Below are positions 15,737-25,430 of a DNA stretch of 32,000 bases, piece by piece. A model generated the notes under the pieces. It was not told the DNA's origin. It was given only the letters and a program-made list of their open reading frames with translations, and did no database searches. Position numbers and translations under genes: made by a program. Source of the stretch: Candidatus Calditenuaceae archaeon HR02 (GTDB lineage: Archaea; Thermoproteota; Nitrososphaeria_A; Caldarchaeales; Calditenuaceae); NCBI GenBank assembly GCA_002898395.1, contig BEHE01000006.1:61122-93121 (forward strand), given 5' to 3'. Each line of letters begins with the position of its first letter. The stretch's first letter is position 1.

Positions 15737-17056
15737 ATGGGGTATAGTGGCTTTCTCTTGGAGATGATTAGGGCTGCGGGGGTGGAGATTGGTGATGAGA
15801 TCGTGGTGGAGAGACCCGATGGTTCGAGCTTCCGCGGCCTTCTCATGTTCAAGGGCGAGCTCTCTGCAGAGAACATAGTAGTCATCAAGCTGGGCAATGG
15901 CTATAATGTGGGCGTCGCGGTCGACCCCTCCTGTAGGATTAGGAGGGTTGCGCCCGGCAGGAAGCCAGCCTTCGTGAGGCCGCCTCCACCCCCTCCGAGG
16001 GAGGGGCTTCCGCGCGTCAAGATCATCGGGACCGGCGGGACGATCGCGAGCCGCGTAGACTATAGGACAGGCGCGGTCAGGCCGGCGATCTCGTCGGAGG
16101 ACCTGGTCTCACTCGTCCCCGAGCTCTCCGAGATAGCCACGGTCGACGCCGAGGTCCTGTTATCCGTGTATAGCGAGGACTTGACTGTCCGGGAGTGGGG
16201 AATGATTGCAGAGGCCGTGTGGAGAGTCTTGGAGAAGAGGGAGTTCAGCGGCGTAATCCTTACACACGGGACCGACACGATGCACTATACGTCGGCCGCC
16301 CTGAGCTTTGCCTTGCAGAGGCCGCCGGTCCCTGTGATACTCGTCGGCTCGCAGAGGAGCAGCGACAGACCCTCAAGCGACGCGGCTCTAAACCTGATAG
16401 GGGCTACGTGGGCCGCGGCCCGCGCACCCTTCGCCGAGGTCGTGGTGGCGATGCATGCTGGGCACTCAGACGATGCCATCGCATTCCACAGGGGGACGAG
16501 GGTGGTGAAGATGCACACCAGCAGCAGGAGCGCGTTCAAGAGTGTCAACGCCTCGCCATTAGCAGTCCTCCGGGGTCAGGACCTCACCGTCCTCGACGAG
16601 TATAATCCGCGGGGCGGCGACGGGTTCAGCTATGAGCCAGGGTTCAGCGATAGGGCCGCGCTGGTCAAGTTCTACCCCGGGATGAGCCCCGAGATCCTAG
16701 AGTACCTCGCGGAGCGGGGCATGCGGGGGGTGGTTATCGAAGGGACTGGGCTTGGGCATGTGGCCCGATCATGGATACCGGTTGTCAAGGCGCTTGTGGA
16801 CTCGGGCTTCTTTGTGGGAATGGCCTCCCAGTGCAGGTTTGGGAGGGTGAACATGAGGGTCTACAACACGGGCCGCGACCTCTTGAGGGCTGGGGTCGTC
16901 GAGCTTGGAGACCTCCTACCAGAGGTGGCGCTGGTCAAGCTCATGTGGGTCCTCTACAGGGCTCAGAGCCTCCCCGATGTCTCCAAGATGATGATTACGC
17001 CGGTGGCTCGGGAGCTGGGCGCGAGGATGCTCCCCGAGGGGGTTGAGCCGGCTTGA
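15737..17056 (+). CDS. gatD: Glutamyl-tRNA(Gln) amidotransferase subunit D
   Basis: Asparaginase-type boxes KIIGTGGTIAS and ILTHGTDTM, preceded by the GatD-specific N-terminal domain (IGDEIVVERPDGSSFRGLLMF). ATG 15737 is preferred over the tracked alternative start at 15701. It sits directly upstream of gatE. Confidence 0.9.
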   Translation: MGYSGFLLEMIRAAGVEIGDEIVVERPDGSSFRGLLMFKGELSAENIVVIKLGNGYNVGVAVDPSCRIRRVAPGRKPAFVRPPPPPPREGLPRVKIIGTGGTIASRVDYRTGAVRPAISSEDLVSLVPELSEIATVDAEVLLSVYSEDLTVREWGMIAEAVWRVLEKREFSGVILTHGTDTMHYTSAALSFALQRPPVPVILVGSQRSSDRPSSDAALNLIGATWAAARAPFAEVVVAMHAGHSDDAIAFHRGTRVVKMHTSSRSAFKSVNASPLAVLRGQDLTVLDEYNPRGGDGFSYEPGFSDRAALVKFYPGMSPEILEYLAERGMRGVVIEGTGLGHVARSWIPVVKALVDSGFFVGMASQCRFGRVNMRVYNTGRDLLRAGVVELGDLLPEVALVKLMWVLYRAQSLPDVSKMMITPVARELGARMLPEGVEPA

Positions 17057-18939
17057 GCATCTACGAGGAGCTCGGCCTCAAGGTCGGCCTCGAGGTCCAC
17101 AGGCAGCTCGACACCAGGAGAAAGCTCTTCTGCGGATGCAGCGCCTCGCCATCCGAGGGTAGCGGGCCAAGGCTCAGGATCACGCGCTACTTGAGGGAGA
17201 CCCAGAGCGAGCTGGGGGAGGTTGACCAGGCCGCCAGGTTCGAGTCGAGGAGGATGAGGAGGATCGTCTACGAGTTCTCCCCAGCCTCCTCATGCCTCGT
17301 AGAGCTCGACGAGGAGCCACCCCACCCACTAAACGAGGAGGCCGTCAGGATAGCCCTGACCGTAGCGCTTATGTTGAAGGCTAGGCCCGTGGACGAGGTC
17401 CACGTTATGAGGAAGATCGTGATAGATGGCAGCAACACCTCTGGGTTCCAGAGGACATGTATGGTGGCTCTGGGAGGGGAGCTGTCCGTCGACGGCCTGA
17501 GGGTGCCTATCCAGACCATCACTTTAGAGGAGGACGCCGCCAGGATCGTCAGGTCGGACGCCGATGAGGTTGTCTACGACCTCTCGAGGCTGGGTATCCC
17601 GCTCATCGAGGTCTCGACGGCGCCTGTCCTCAACTCACCCTCGGAGGTGACCAGGACGGCCGAGGCGATCGGGAGGGCGTTGAGGGCGACGCGGGGAGTC
17701 AAGCGCGGCCTCGGGAGCGTGAGACAGGACCTAAACATCTCCATCAAAGGAAGCGGGTTGATGGAGGTGAAGGGTGTCCAAGAGCTCGAGTTGATACCGA
17801 GGGTCGTGGAGTACGAGGTGAGGAGGCTGAGACACCTCCTCATACTGATTGAGGAGCTGAGGTCCAGGGGGGTTAGGCCGGAGGCCGTGGAGTCCCAGCC
17901 GATAGTGGATCTCACAGGCGTCTTCGAGGGCAGCAGTAGCCGCGTGATTAGGCGGAAGATAGGAGAGGGAGGCGTGGTCCTCGGCCTCAGGCTCCCAGGC
18001 TTCGCGGGCCTCCTGAAGGGCGAGGGGGACGTCAGGCTTGGGAGGGAGCTCTCCGAATACGCGAAGGCGTGGGGCGGTGTGGAGGGGATCTTCCACTCAG
18101 ACGAGCTTCCAGGCTACGGCATAGGCGAGGAGGAGGTCAGAGCGGTTAGGGAGACGCTGGGCGCGGGCGAGAGAGACGCCTTCGTCCTCGTTGCTGGCCG
18201 CGAGCAAAAGGCGCGCGAGGCCTTGGAGGCTGTGAGGAGCAGGGCGGCTCAAGCGGTCTACCAGATACCTGACGAGACCCGCGCAGCCCTAGCCGATGGC
18301 ACGACCTGCTACATGAGGCCCCGACCAGGCTCGGCGAGGATGTATCCCGAGACCGACATCCCACCCTTCCCAGTCTCCAGAGAACTCATCGAGGAGATTG
18401 AGAGGAGCCTCCCACCACCGCTGGAAAGCGTGGCTGCCTCGCTTATGAAGAGGTTTGGGCTGAGCTCTCAGCTTGCGTGGGAGGTGATTGACTCCGAGAT
18501 GCTCGAGGAGTTCGAGGAGATCGTGAGGCTCGGCGTCTCTCCCAGCGTAGTAGCCAGCATCCTGACTGAGGGGCTTAAGCAGCTGAGGAGGGAGGGCGCC
18601 CCAGTCGAGAACCTGACCCCAGCCCACATCAGGGGCTACTTCGCCCTTGTCAGCCGCGGAGCCACGGCCAAGGAGTCCGCCCTCCCAGTCCTCGCAGAGC
18701 TCGCCAAGAACCCCAGCCTAACCGCCGAGGAGGCCGTCGAGAGGCTTGGGCTCAAGGCCCCACCCCTAGAGGAGGTAGTGGCCTTCATTGAGGAGCTCGT
18801 GGGGGCCGTGCCTCAGGATGAGAGGAGGTCAGCGGCGGGCAGACTTATGGGAGAATTGATGAAGAGATACCGCGGGAGAGTTGACGGAGCCCTCCTCAAC
18901 AAGCTCCTTATGGAGAGGCTGGGCGCCCAGAGGCCTTAG
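17053..18939 (+). CDS. gatE: Glutamyl-tRNA(Gln) amidotransferase subunit E
   Basis: GatB/E signature GLKVGLEVHRQL, ITLEEDAAR, LMEVKGVQ, RMYPETDIPP, and a C-terminal YqeY-like tail. 628 aa. The start overlaps the gatD stop. Confidence 0.9.
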   Translation: MSIYEELGLKVGLEVHRQLDTRRKLFCGCSASPSEGSGPRLRITRYLRETQSELGEVDQAARFESRRMRRIVYEFSPASSCLVELDEEPPHPLNEEAVRIALTVALMLKARPVDEVHVMRKIVIDGSNTSGFQRTCMVALGGELSVDGLRVPIQTITLEEDAARIVRSDADEVVYDLSRLGIPLIEVSTAPVLNSPSEVTRTAEAIGRALRATRGVKRGLGSVRQDLNISIKGSGLMEVKGVQELELIPRVVEYEVRRLRHLLILIEELRSRGVRPEAVESQPIVDLTGVFEGSSSRVIRRKIGEGGVVLGLRLPGFAGLLKGEGDVRLGRELSEYAKAWGGVEGIFHSDELPGYGIGEEEVRAVRETLGAGERDAFVLVAGREQKAREALEAVRSRAAQAVYQIPDETRAALADGTTCYMRPRPGSARMYPETDIPPFPVSRELIEEIERSLPPPLESVAASLMKRFGLSSQLAWEVIDSEMLEEFEEIVRLGVSPSVVASILTEGLKQLRREGAPVENLTPAHIRGYFALVSRGATAKESALPVLAELAKNPSLTAEEAVERLGLKAPPLEEVVAFIEELVGAVPQDERRSAAGRLMGELMKRYRGRVDGALLNKLLMERLGAQRP

Positions 18940-20015
18940 ACCTCATCCACGCCCCCGCCACCGGCGACCCGAAGGGCGGTGTAGACTGCGAGTAGCGCTG
19001 TGGGGGCTGCCAGCTCTGTCGGAAGCGTCATCGCCGGCGCCAGGTCCACGACTAGGTCAGCCACCCTGTAGACTCCCTTGGGTATCCCTTCACGGGCCCC
19101 GAAGAGGAAGTTGACACGCCTGGCAGACCTATAGAGCTCTGAGAGCCGCTCCGAGGCCCTCGAGAGCTCCACGCCCTCAGGCTCAAAGACTATTATGGGC
19201 TCACCCCTCCGCGCCCTCACCAGCTGGTAGAGGTCCTGGACGAGAACCTCGACGCGCCTTGGCCTCCTAGCGTATGCGCGGCTCTGAACCTCAAGCCTAC
19301 TCTCCTGCCCCTCCAGTATGCCAAGGATGAACTCAGCAAGAGACCTGGCCTCCACGGGTTCCGCCGGAGCCACCACGACCTCGCCCACCTCGAAAGCCTG
19401 GACAGCCCTCCCGATCCTTGCACCCATCTCCCTACACGACTTAGGAGGTCCAATATACGGCATCTGAACCACGCTAATCTTGCTGAAGAAGCCCCAGGCC
19501 TCCCTCTTCCCAGGCCCCATCTTCACCCACTCCCGACCACCCTCATAGACCGAGAGATACGCGGCGTCGTCTATGATCTCGACGCGAACGACCATGTCCG
19601 GGTGGTCCAAGTCGACTAGTGAAGAGTACTCGCGTTGTATGGCTGCGCCTACTGCGACGTTTACGTCCAGGCTTGTGAAGCTGTGGCGCCCCCGCCTCAC
19701 AGTCCTGACGGCGAAGGACTTCCCGCTGTCGAGCCTGCCTCGGGCCGCCCGGACCGCGGCCTCCGCAATATCCTCCAAGCTAGCCGCCTTCGCAGAGGCC
19801 ACCACCCTGTAGGCGCTCTCGGACTCCAAGACCTCTGAGAGTATCCGTTGGTAGAGGCTATCCGGATCACTGCACCGCACCACCCCCACGAGCCCCACGT
19901 ATCCTCCAGGCCTAACCACCACCTCGGCCCCAGGGTCCAGCTCAGCTATCCTCGAGGCGCAGACCTCCTCAAGCCCCAGCGGAGTCTTAACCAGTATCTC
20001 CAAGACCAGCCCCAA
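18936..20015 (-). CDS. THUMP-domain protein fused to a SPOUT-like domain (predicted RNA methyltransferase)
   Basis: THUMP-type segment: SFAVRTVRRGRHSFTSLDVNVAVGAAIQREYSSLVDLDHPDMVVRVEIIDDAAYLSV. The C-terminal ~170 aa end with FLFGAREGIPKGVYRVADLVVDL....TLPTELAAPTALLAVYTAL, which resembles the SPOUT knot region. This second assignment is tentative. Confidence 0.6.
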   Translation of the reverse strand: MGLVLEILVKTPLGLEEVCASRIAELDPGAEVVVRPGGYVGLVGVVRCSDPDSLYQRILSEVLESESAYRVVASAKAASLEDIAEAAVRAARGRLDSGKSFAVRTVRRGRHSFTSLDVNVAVGAAIQREYSSLVDLDHPDMVVRVEIIDDAAYLSVYEGGREWVKMGPGKREAWGFFSKISVVQMPYIGPPKSCREMGARIGRAVQAFEVGEVVVAPAEPVEARSLAEFILGILEGQESRLEVQSRAYARRPRRVEVLVQDLYQLVRARRGEPIIVFEPEGVELSRASERLSELYRSARRVNFLFGAREGIPKGVYRVADLVVDLAPAMTLPTELAAPTALLAVYTALRVAGGGGVDEV

Positions 20016-21708
20016 GCCTCCTCAAGCCAATAATCCTAGCCCTAACCTCTCTGAAGTATATGCGCTCCTTCTGAACTGTCTTCTCGAGGATCTTGGCTGC
20101 TGAGTAGAGCTGGGCTGGGTCTCCGTGGGCGAGGAAGTTGATGAGGAGAGGGTAGGCCCGGACCCTGAACTCCCTCTCACCCCACCCCCTCTCCACGCAG
20201 AGCCTCACCAATCCCTCGACACCTTCACTGAAGCTCTCGAGACTCGGAGCTCTACATCCACAGCTGAAGTCCTTTGCGAAGAAGAAGACGTAGTCAAAGG
20301 GCATCGAGTCTACCTGAAGGGCGTGAAATGTTGTCTGATAGGCCTTGAGATATGGTTGTGGCGAGGCCGCGATGAACCCGAATCCCGCCTCCCTCAAGGC
20401 CTTGAAGAAGGCCGCGACAACGGAGGCGTCCTTGCTGTTGAACGTGGAGACTAGGAGGCCTGAGGGCTTGAGGACCCTGCTGCACTCCGAGAAGACCTCC
20501 TTCAGCCCCTCACAGTAGTCTTGGAGCGTCGATCCCCTAGCCCTGTTTATCACGACCTCACCCTCCTTCGGCGAGGATCCCCCAAATATCCAGAGGAAAT
20601 AGTCTGAGAGCTCAGCATAGTTAACATTGTCGCCGTAGGGCGGGTCTGTTATGACAGCGTCTACCGTGCTTGGGGGGATTGGGAGCCTCCTTGCATCCTG
20701 GTTCAGGACCATGTAGGTGCAACCCCTCGACAAATCCTCGAAAGAGTTGGCCTCACGAGAATACTCGCCTATGTAGGAGTTCGAGTAGCTCTTGCCGCGC
20801 ACTACTGCGCGGGCCCTATTCAGAAACTGCCTCCAGACATTCACCTCAACATGTCTCGGGTAGATCCAATAGGCGTGCATCGCCCAGCCCTCGAGAATCC
20901 TGCCTCTCAAGTGGCTCATCTTCGAGGCCCACTTCAACGTGCTGCTGAGCGTGAAGAGGAGGAAGGACCTGACAGGACCGAGGCTCCCGGCGGCACAGAC
21001 CTCCTCCACCGCCTCCCTAATCTTGAGGACAATGTAGAGGTTCCGCGGGGTGTAGAGCTCGTCGAAGAATCTTAGGCCTCGCTTAAGGAGGTCTCGGGTC
21101 TTGTCACCGTACGGTATCCTAACCCTCTCGAACTTGGGTGGGCTTGGGGGCGGCGGGAGGTCGCCGGGCTCTGGCCTCTTCTCTCCCCGCGCACCACAAG
21201 CTGGGCAGCTATAGAAGGCCCTAATCGGCTCCCCACCTTCCGATAAGAACTCGGTCCAGTGTACCTGGGCCCCACCGCCGCAGGAGAGGCAGCGGATATA
21301 GTAGAGCCTCCGGGCCAGCGGTTCGACCCTCTCCCCGAGCAGCTCTAAAGCCCTCTCATACAGCCCCAAGTCTAGATGCGCGACCTCGTGCCTCATTATG
21401 AGTGCGGCTAGGGGGTTGATGTCAACAGCTATCACCCTCCTCCGCTCCGCGAGGCCCTCTACGAGGACGACGCCTCCACCGGCGAAGGGGTCGAGTATCA
21501 GGTCGCCGGGGCTAGTGAATTGCTGGATTAGTGTTTTGAAGAGCTTCCAGGGCCTCCTAGCCCAGAACTTGTGCATTGTGTAGACTGGTGTGTGGGCTGT
21601 GGCTTGGAGTGTTCCGAGCCCCTTGATCTTGTATGCGAGGCCGGGAGGTGAGTGGGGATCGATGACGGGCTGCTGTGCGTCGAGTCTTGTGCCGCTCCCC
21701 TCCAGCAC
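19987..21708 (-). CDS. N6/N4-type (DPPY) methyltransferase with internal Zn-ribbon, COG1743/DUF1156-like
   Basis: The AdoMet-binding region comes first (HKFWARRPWKLFKTLIQQFTSPGDLILDPFAGGGVV), then a CxxC...CxxC ribbon (CLSCGGGAQVHWTEF...YSCPACGARG), then the catalytic ITDPPYGDNVNY. The 3' end overlaps the THUMP gene by 29 nt. Confidence 0.8.
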   Translation of the reverse strand: MLEGSGTRLDAQQPVIDPHSPPGLAYKIKGLGTLQATAHTPVYTMHKFWARRPWKLFKTLIQQFTSPGDLILDPFAGGGVVLVEGLAERRRVIAVDINPLAALIMRHEVAHLDLGLYERALELLGERVEPLARRLYYIRCLSCGGGAQVHWTEFLSEGGEPIRAFYSCPACGARGEKRPEPGDLPPPPSPPKFERVRIPYGDKTRDLLKRGLRFFDELYTPRNLYIVLKIREAVEEVCAAGSLGPVRSFLLFTLSSTLKWASKMSHLRGRILEGWAMHAYWIYPRHVEVNVWRQFLNRARAVVRGKSYSNSYIGEYSREANSFEDLSRGCTYMVLNQDARRLPIPPSTVDAVITDPPYGDNVNYAELSDYFLWIFGGSSPKEGEVVINRARGSTLQDYCEGLKEVFSECSRVLKPSGLLVSTFNSKDASVVAAFFKALREAGFGFIAASPQPYLKAYQTTFHALQVDSMPFDYVFFFAKDFSCGCRAPSLESFSEGVEGLVRLCVERGWGEREFRVRAYPLLINFLAHGDPAQLYSAAKILEKTVQKERIYFREVRARIIGLRRLGAGLGDTG

Positions 21709-21733
21709 TACTCACCCCCACCCAGGAGACCCC

Positions 21734-22621
21734 CTAGGGGCTCACCCTCTCGACGCCCTCCCGCATCTTCTCGGCGTCCTCCCTCACCGCCGAGTTCTCA
21801 AGCCGCGCAGGGCCTTGGGAACGCATCCTATGCGCCACGGCGGCCATCGCTAGCGCCAGCGCATAGGCTCTGTCACCAGTCTCAAGTAGGCCGACGAGGT
21901 AGGCTCCGCCCACTACGTCGCCGGCGCCCACCGTGTCCACAACCTTTTCAGCCCTCACCAAGCCCCTCAAGACCACGCCACCCCCACAGACCCATATGCC
22001 GTGTGAGGCTGAGGAGGCCACTACATCGCAGCCAAGCGTCTCAGATGCCTTGACGACAGCTTCGCGCGGTGTGGAGTATCCGAGGGCTCTATACTCCTCC
22101 TCGGAGAACCTCAAGACACTTACGCCCCTGAACTGTTCGAGGCTTATCGGCCTTAGGGACACGCTGTTGTCCGGACCTAGGACCCTCATCATCCCCTGCG
22201 GGTCCAGCGTAACTATCCTAAACCTCTCCACAGCAGCCGCAACCAGCTCTGCGGAGACCTCCCCCGCGACTGGGCCGAGGTAGATGGCGTCTGCTTCTAG
22301 CTCCAGCTGCTCCACGCTTATCTCCGCGCACCTCGCCGGGACCCACATCCTTCGGCCGCCGTCAAGCCTCTCAATCCTGAAGCGAGTGGTCACATGACCC
22401 TCTAGCACCCTAACGTGGGACGTGTCCACGCCGAGCTCCCTGAGCCTGTCTAGGAGCCAGAGACCATCGGAACCGATGGCGGAGACCACCAACGCTCTGT
22501 GTCCGAGCGAGGAGATCGTTAGGCCGGCGTAGGTTGGGACGCCGCCGGGCGAGACTCTCCCGCCCCCGTGCCAGACCACCTCGTCCACCACTACATGACC
22601 CACAACCCCAATCCGCAGCAC
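21734..22621 (-). CDS. PfkB-family carbohydrate/nucleoside kinase
   Basis: N-terminal GVVGHVVVDEV...GGVPTYAGLTISSLG and the C-terminal PfkB signature DTVGAGDVVGGAYLVGL. It ends 25 nt upstream of the methyltransferase start. Confidence 0.8.
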   Translation of the reverse strand: MLRIGVVGHVVVDEVVWHGGGRVSPGGVPTYAGLTISSLGHRALVVSAIGSDGLWLLDRLRELGVDTSHVRVLEGHVTTRFRIERLDGGRRMWVPARCAEISVEQLELEADAIYLGPVAGEVSAELVAAAVERFRIVTLDPQGMMRVLGPDNSVSLRPISLEQFRGVSVLRFSEEEYRALGYSTPREAVVKASETLGCDVVASSASHGIWVCGGGVVLRGLVRAEKVVDTVGAGDVVGGAYLVGLLETGDRAYALALAMAAVAHRMRSQGPARLENSAVREDAEKMREGVERVSP

Positions 22622-22773
22622 AGAGACTCAACAACCCATGCCCACAAAACAAGATAAAACTCTATAGACGGGCTGGAATAAAACTGTCTTAAACCTAACT
22701 ATTCCAGATCCTCTATTCCTGTGGTTATGTATCTCTTCTCAGGGTTATTTTTTCTCGGCTTTTTTCTGAGCGC

Positions 22774-23545
22774 TCATCTCGGCATCATAAGGGATAGCAG
22801 TGTACTGAACCACCTTGTAGGCATGTTGATCAAAAGGGCTGGGAACGACAGGTATCCTTGCAGGTACCTCTTACTGACTCCCCTGAACTTCATCAAGAAC
22901 GGCCTTAGAAACGATTGTCTGTTCTCGCAGTGGTTGATGTGGACGATCTCTTCAGCATACCTTTCAGAGTGCCTTATCCTCAAATGAGATATGCCGATTG
23001 AATCGAGTCTATCGTATGCCTTGTACTAGTCTGTTATAACTATGCAGTCCCCAGAAGCGATAGAGGATATCTCGTGAACTGCCTTCTCCATGTCATTCAT
23101 CACGACGAACTCCATCACTCCATCTAGCCTCCTGACTAGGTTCATAACAGGAGGCCTATCACCATCATATTTTCGCCTTCCCCTAACAGATAATTCCCTC
23201 CTAGGATCATCGCCTTTAACGCCCTTATCCCCCACGCTCACGTATCCCTCGTAAGCCTCGCATAAACCCCCAGCCTAATCCCGCCCACCCTCTTAGCTAG
23301 CTCCCGCACCTCCCTCACGAAATTTAGGACCAACTCAAAGTCCCTACCAGGCCCCCTAGATATCTGGTTATCTCCATTGAGAGTATGATGTAGAACATCT
23401 CCTCCAGGCTAATCCTATATTTAGAGAGTATCGTGTCTGTTAAATCGTTGAACTTCCTGTTACATAATGTGCACTCGTATACTTGGTATCAGTTCCTGTC
23501 CTTTTACACACACCTTAGACCATCCCTGAACCTTATCCGCCTGAG
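22774..23545 (-). mobile_element. IS1595-family transposase remnant (multiple disruptions)
   Basis: Minus-strand pieces: a Zn-ribbon N-terminus (CVCKRTGTDTK / YECTLCNRKFNDLTDTIL, ~23460-23520), GDRPPVMNLVRRLDGVMEFVVMNDMEKAVHEISSIASGDCIVITD-TAG(23026..23028)-YKAYDRLDSIGISHLRIRHSERYAEEIVHINHCENRQSFLRPFLMKFRGVSKRYLQGYLSF. The last segment is the ISXO2-like DDE C-terminus. There are frameshifts in the N-terminal part. Confidence 0.65.
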
Positions 23546-23655
23546 TTGAGGCACCTCTCCCTATCGGGAAGGAATACCGACCTGACCGCATCAGGGTCCA
23601 CGACGAATATACCGGGAAGAAGACATATTAATCTCCTCTGAGACCGAGATGAGCG

Positions 23656-24117
23656 ATGCTCGAAGAGCTTGTAAAGCGGTTAGAGGGTGCATCGAAGGAT
23701 TTAAAGCGGGTTTTCGGCGAGTCCTTTACTGGCTTGCTACTTTTTGGAAGCCATCCTAGAGGCGAGTCTTCTGAGGAAAGCGATATCGATGTTCTTGTGG
23801 TTGTGAGGGGGATCAGGGGTTTAAGGATTAGAGGAGAGATTTACAGCGTCCTGGCCAAACATGTTGGAAAACCGCTTACACTAATTGTCGTGGATTTGAC
23901 AGATCTCTTGAGAGACGACCTAGAAATTACGCCGCTGTTGCTTAATGCACTCTATGACGGTATCACAGTATATGATGAATTTGGAGTGCTTGAAAAGTTG
24001 AAGTCGAAGGTTACCGAACTAGTCAAGAAAGCTGGTCTCGTAAGATACAAGACGCCTGACGGAAAATATGGCTGGAAGAGGTCTGATGGTAAACCTATCG
24101 AGGCCGTAGAAGTTTGA
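23656..24117 (+). CDS. mntA: Minimal nucleotidyltransferase (MNT) antitoxin-type protein
   Basis: GSHPRGESSEESDIDVLVVV (GSxxRGxxxxxSDxDxxV). A TATA-like CATATTAATC lies ~29 nt upstream. The stop overlaps the HEPN gene start. Confidence 0.8.
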   Translation: MLEELVKRLEGASKDLKRVFGESFTGLLLFGSHPRGESSEESDIDVLVVVRGIRGLRIRGEIYSVLAKHVGKPLTLIVVDLTDLLRDDLEITPLLLNALYDGITVYDEFGVLEKLKSKVTELVKKAGLVRYKTPDGKYGWKRSDGKPIEAVEV

Positions 24118-24548
24118 GGTTTAACCCAAGAAACGAGTCGTCTTACAAAGCAAAGCTTGCTGTTCGGTATCTGGAGGAGGCCGAGGAGGCTTTTAAGCGG
24201 AGGAATTATAGAGAGGTGGTGGCTTCATCCCAGCTCAGCGCTGAGAACTCCGCGAAAGCGGTCATAGCATTGTTTAGGACCTCAAGCTGGAGTCACGACC
24301 CATCATACGAGTTACTTGAAGTCTTATCGATGCGGCCCTCAGATCTGAGGAAGTTAGCTGAAGAGCTCGCTGAGATTACCAGACGGCTTGCACCAGAACA
24401 TGGGAGGGCAACGTATGGTGAGCCCTTGAGAGGTCTTACACCTTGGGATATATATGATGAGGAAAACGCTTCTGAAGCGCTTTTGAGTGCTAGGAAAGCC
24501 AAAGAGATAGTGGAGATAATACTTGGGAGGTTAGGGGCGTCTTTATAG
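24114..24548 (+). CDS. hepT: HEPN-domain toxin-type protein
   Basis: Helical 144-aa protein with the R-x4-H motif (RLAPEH). The TTG start overlaps the MNT stop by 4 nt, which is the canonical MNT-HEPN gene order. Confidence 0.7.
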   Translation: MRFNPRNESSYKAKLAVRYLEEAEEAFKRRNYREVVASSQLSAENSAKAVIALFRTSSWSHDPSYELLEVLSMRPSDLRKLAEELAEITRRLAPEHGRATYGEPLRGLTPWDIYDEENASEALLSARKAKEIVEIILGRLGASL

Positions 24549-24603
24549 TATGTTGAAAAATGTGGCTCCTGCCTGCAGGCCTGCAAATCGTATTCAGTAG
24601 GTT

Positions 24604-25430
24604 GATGCGTTGTGGCTTAATTCATAGGTTCCTTTAGATTCCCGAGCCTAGTCTCCGGCATCGTCTGGGCGCTTTTCGGGTTTTGATGGCGTTCTCTTAT
24701 AAAGAGTAAGGTCTATGGCCTGCCGTTACTTCCCTTTATCGATGAGCTCCTACTTGGGGAGGGTTGATGAGAGGCTGATAAGGAGGGGTGAGATAATACT
24801 GGACCTTAGGTTCGTTAAGAGTTACTCTGATGAGCTTAGGGAGTTGAATTATGGTAAGAGGGTTAGGCCATACAGGATAATCATTAGCTTCATCATATTC
24901 CTAGCTGTTCTTGGTATGTTTTCTCTGTTGGGTTTAGGCAGCTGGAGGGGTTCACTATAGCCCTTAGGAAGATATTCCCAATACTTCCCAGCATAGACTA
25001 TTCATGGATTAGGGGGAGGATGATGAGGCTAGGTATCGATCTAAGCCCCCTAAAGGCACTGAGAGATTCTAGAGGGCCTGTAGTTGTAGTCTTGGATTCT
25101 ACTGGTGTTAGGGCATGTAGGGCTGGTTCTTGGCTTGAGAGGAAGTATGGTAAGAGGAGGAGGTATGTGAAGGTCCACTTCTCTGTAGACGCCAAGACCG
25201 GAGAGATATTGGACTTGGATGTGACTAGGGACGACGTTCACGACTCGGAGATGACCATGAAGATGGTGGAGAATTCAATGAAGTCTAGGAAGGTCTCAAG
25301 AGTGGTAGCCGATGGAACGTACGACTCGATCAGGTTGTACAGATATCTGGAGAGCATGGATATAGAGCAAGTGATCAAGACGAGAAGGGAAGCGAGGGCG
25401 GATAGAGGGCCTCCCTCTAGGATGCACATT
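24604..25430 (+). mobile_element. IS5-family-like element, left end plus N-terminal two thirds of the DDE transposase (frameshifted, truncated)
   Basis: Terminal 20-mer GATGCGTTGTGGCTTAATTC at 24604-24623. The transposase reads SYLGRVDERLIRRGEIILDLRFVKSYSDELRELNYGKRVRPY... (24715..), shifts frame near 24925-24932 to FRQLEGFTIALRKIFPILPSIDYSWIRGR, then continues VVVLDSTG ... VVADGTYDS ... IKTRREARADRGPPSR. Family similarity stops at ~25430, and the third catalytic (E) region is absent here. Confidence 0.6.

Noticed and set aside
22721-22987. ORF 22721..22987 (+), 88 aa.
   Set aside because: It is the mirror frame of the IS1595 transposase C-terminal fragment, which carries the recognisable motif on the minus strand.
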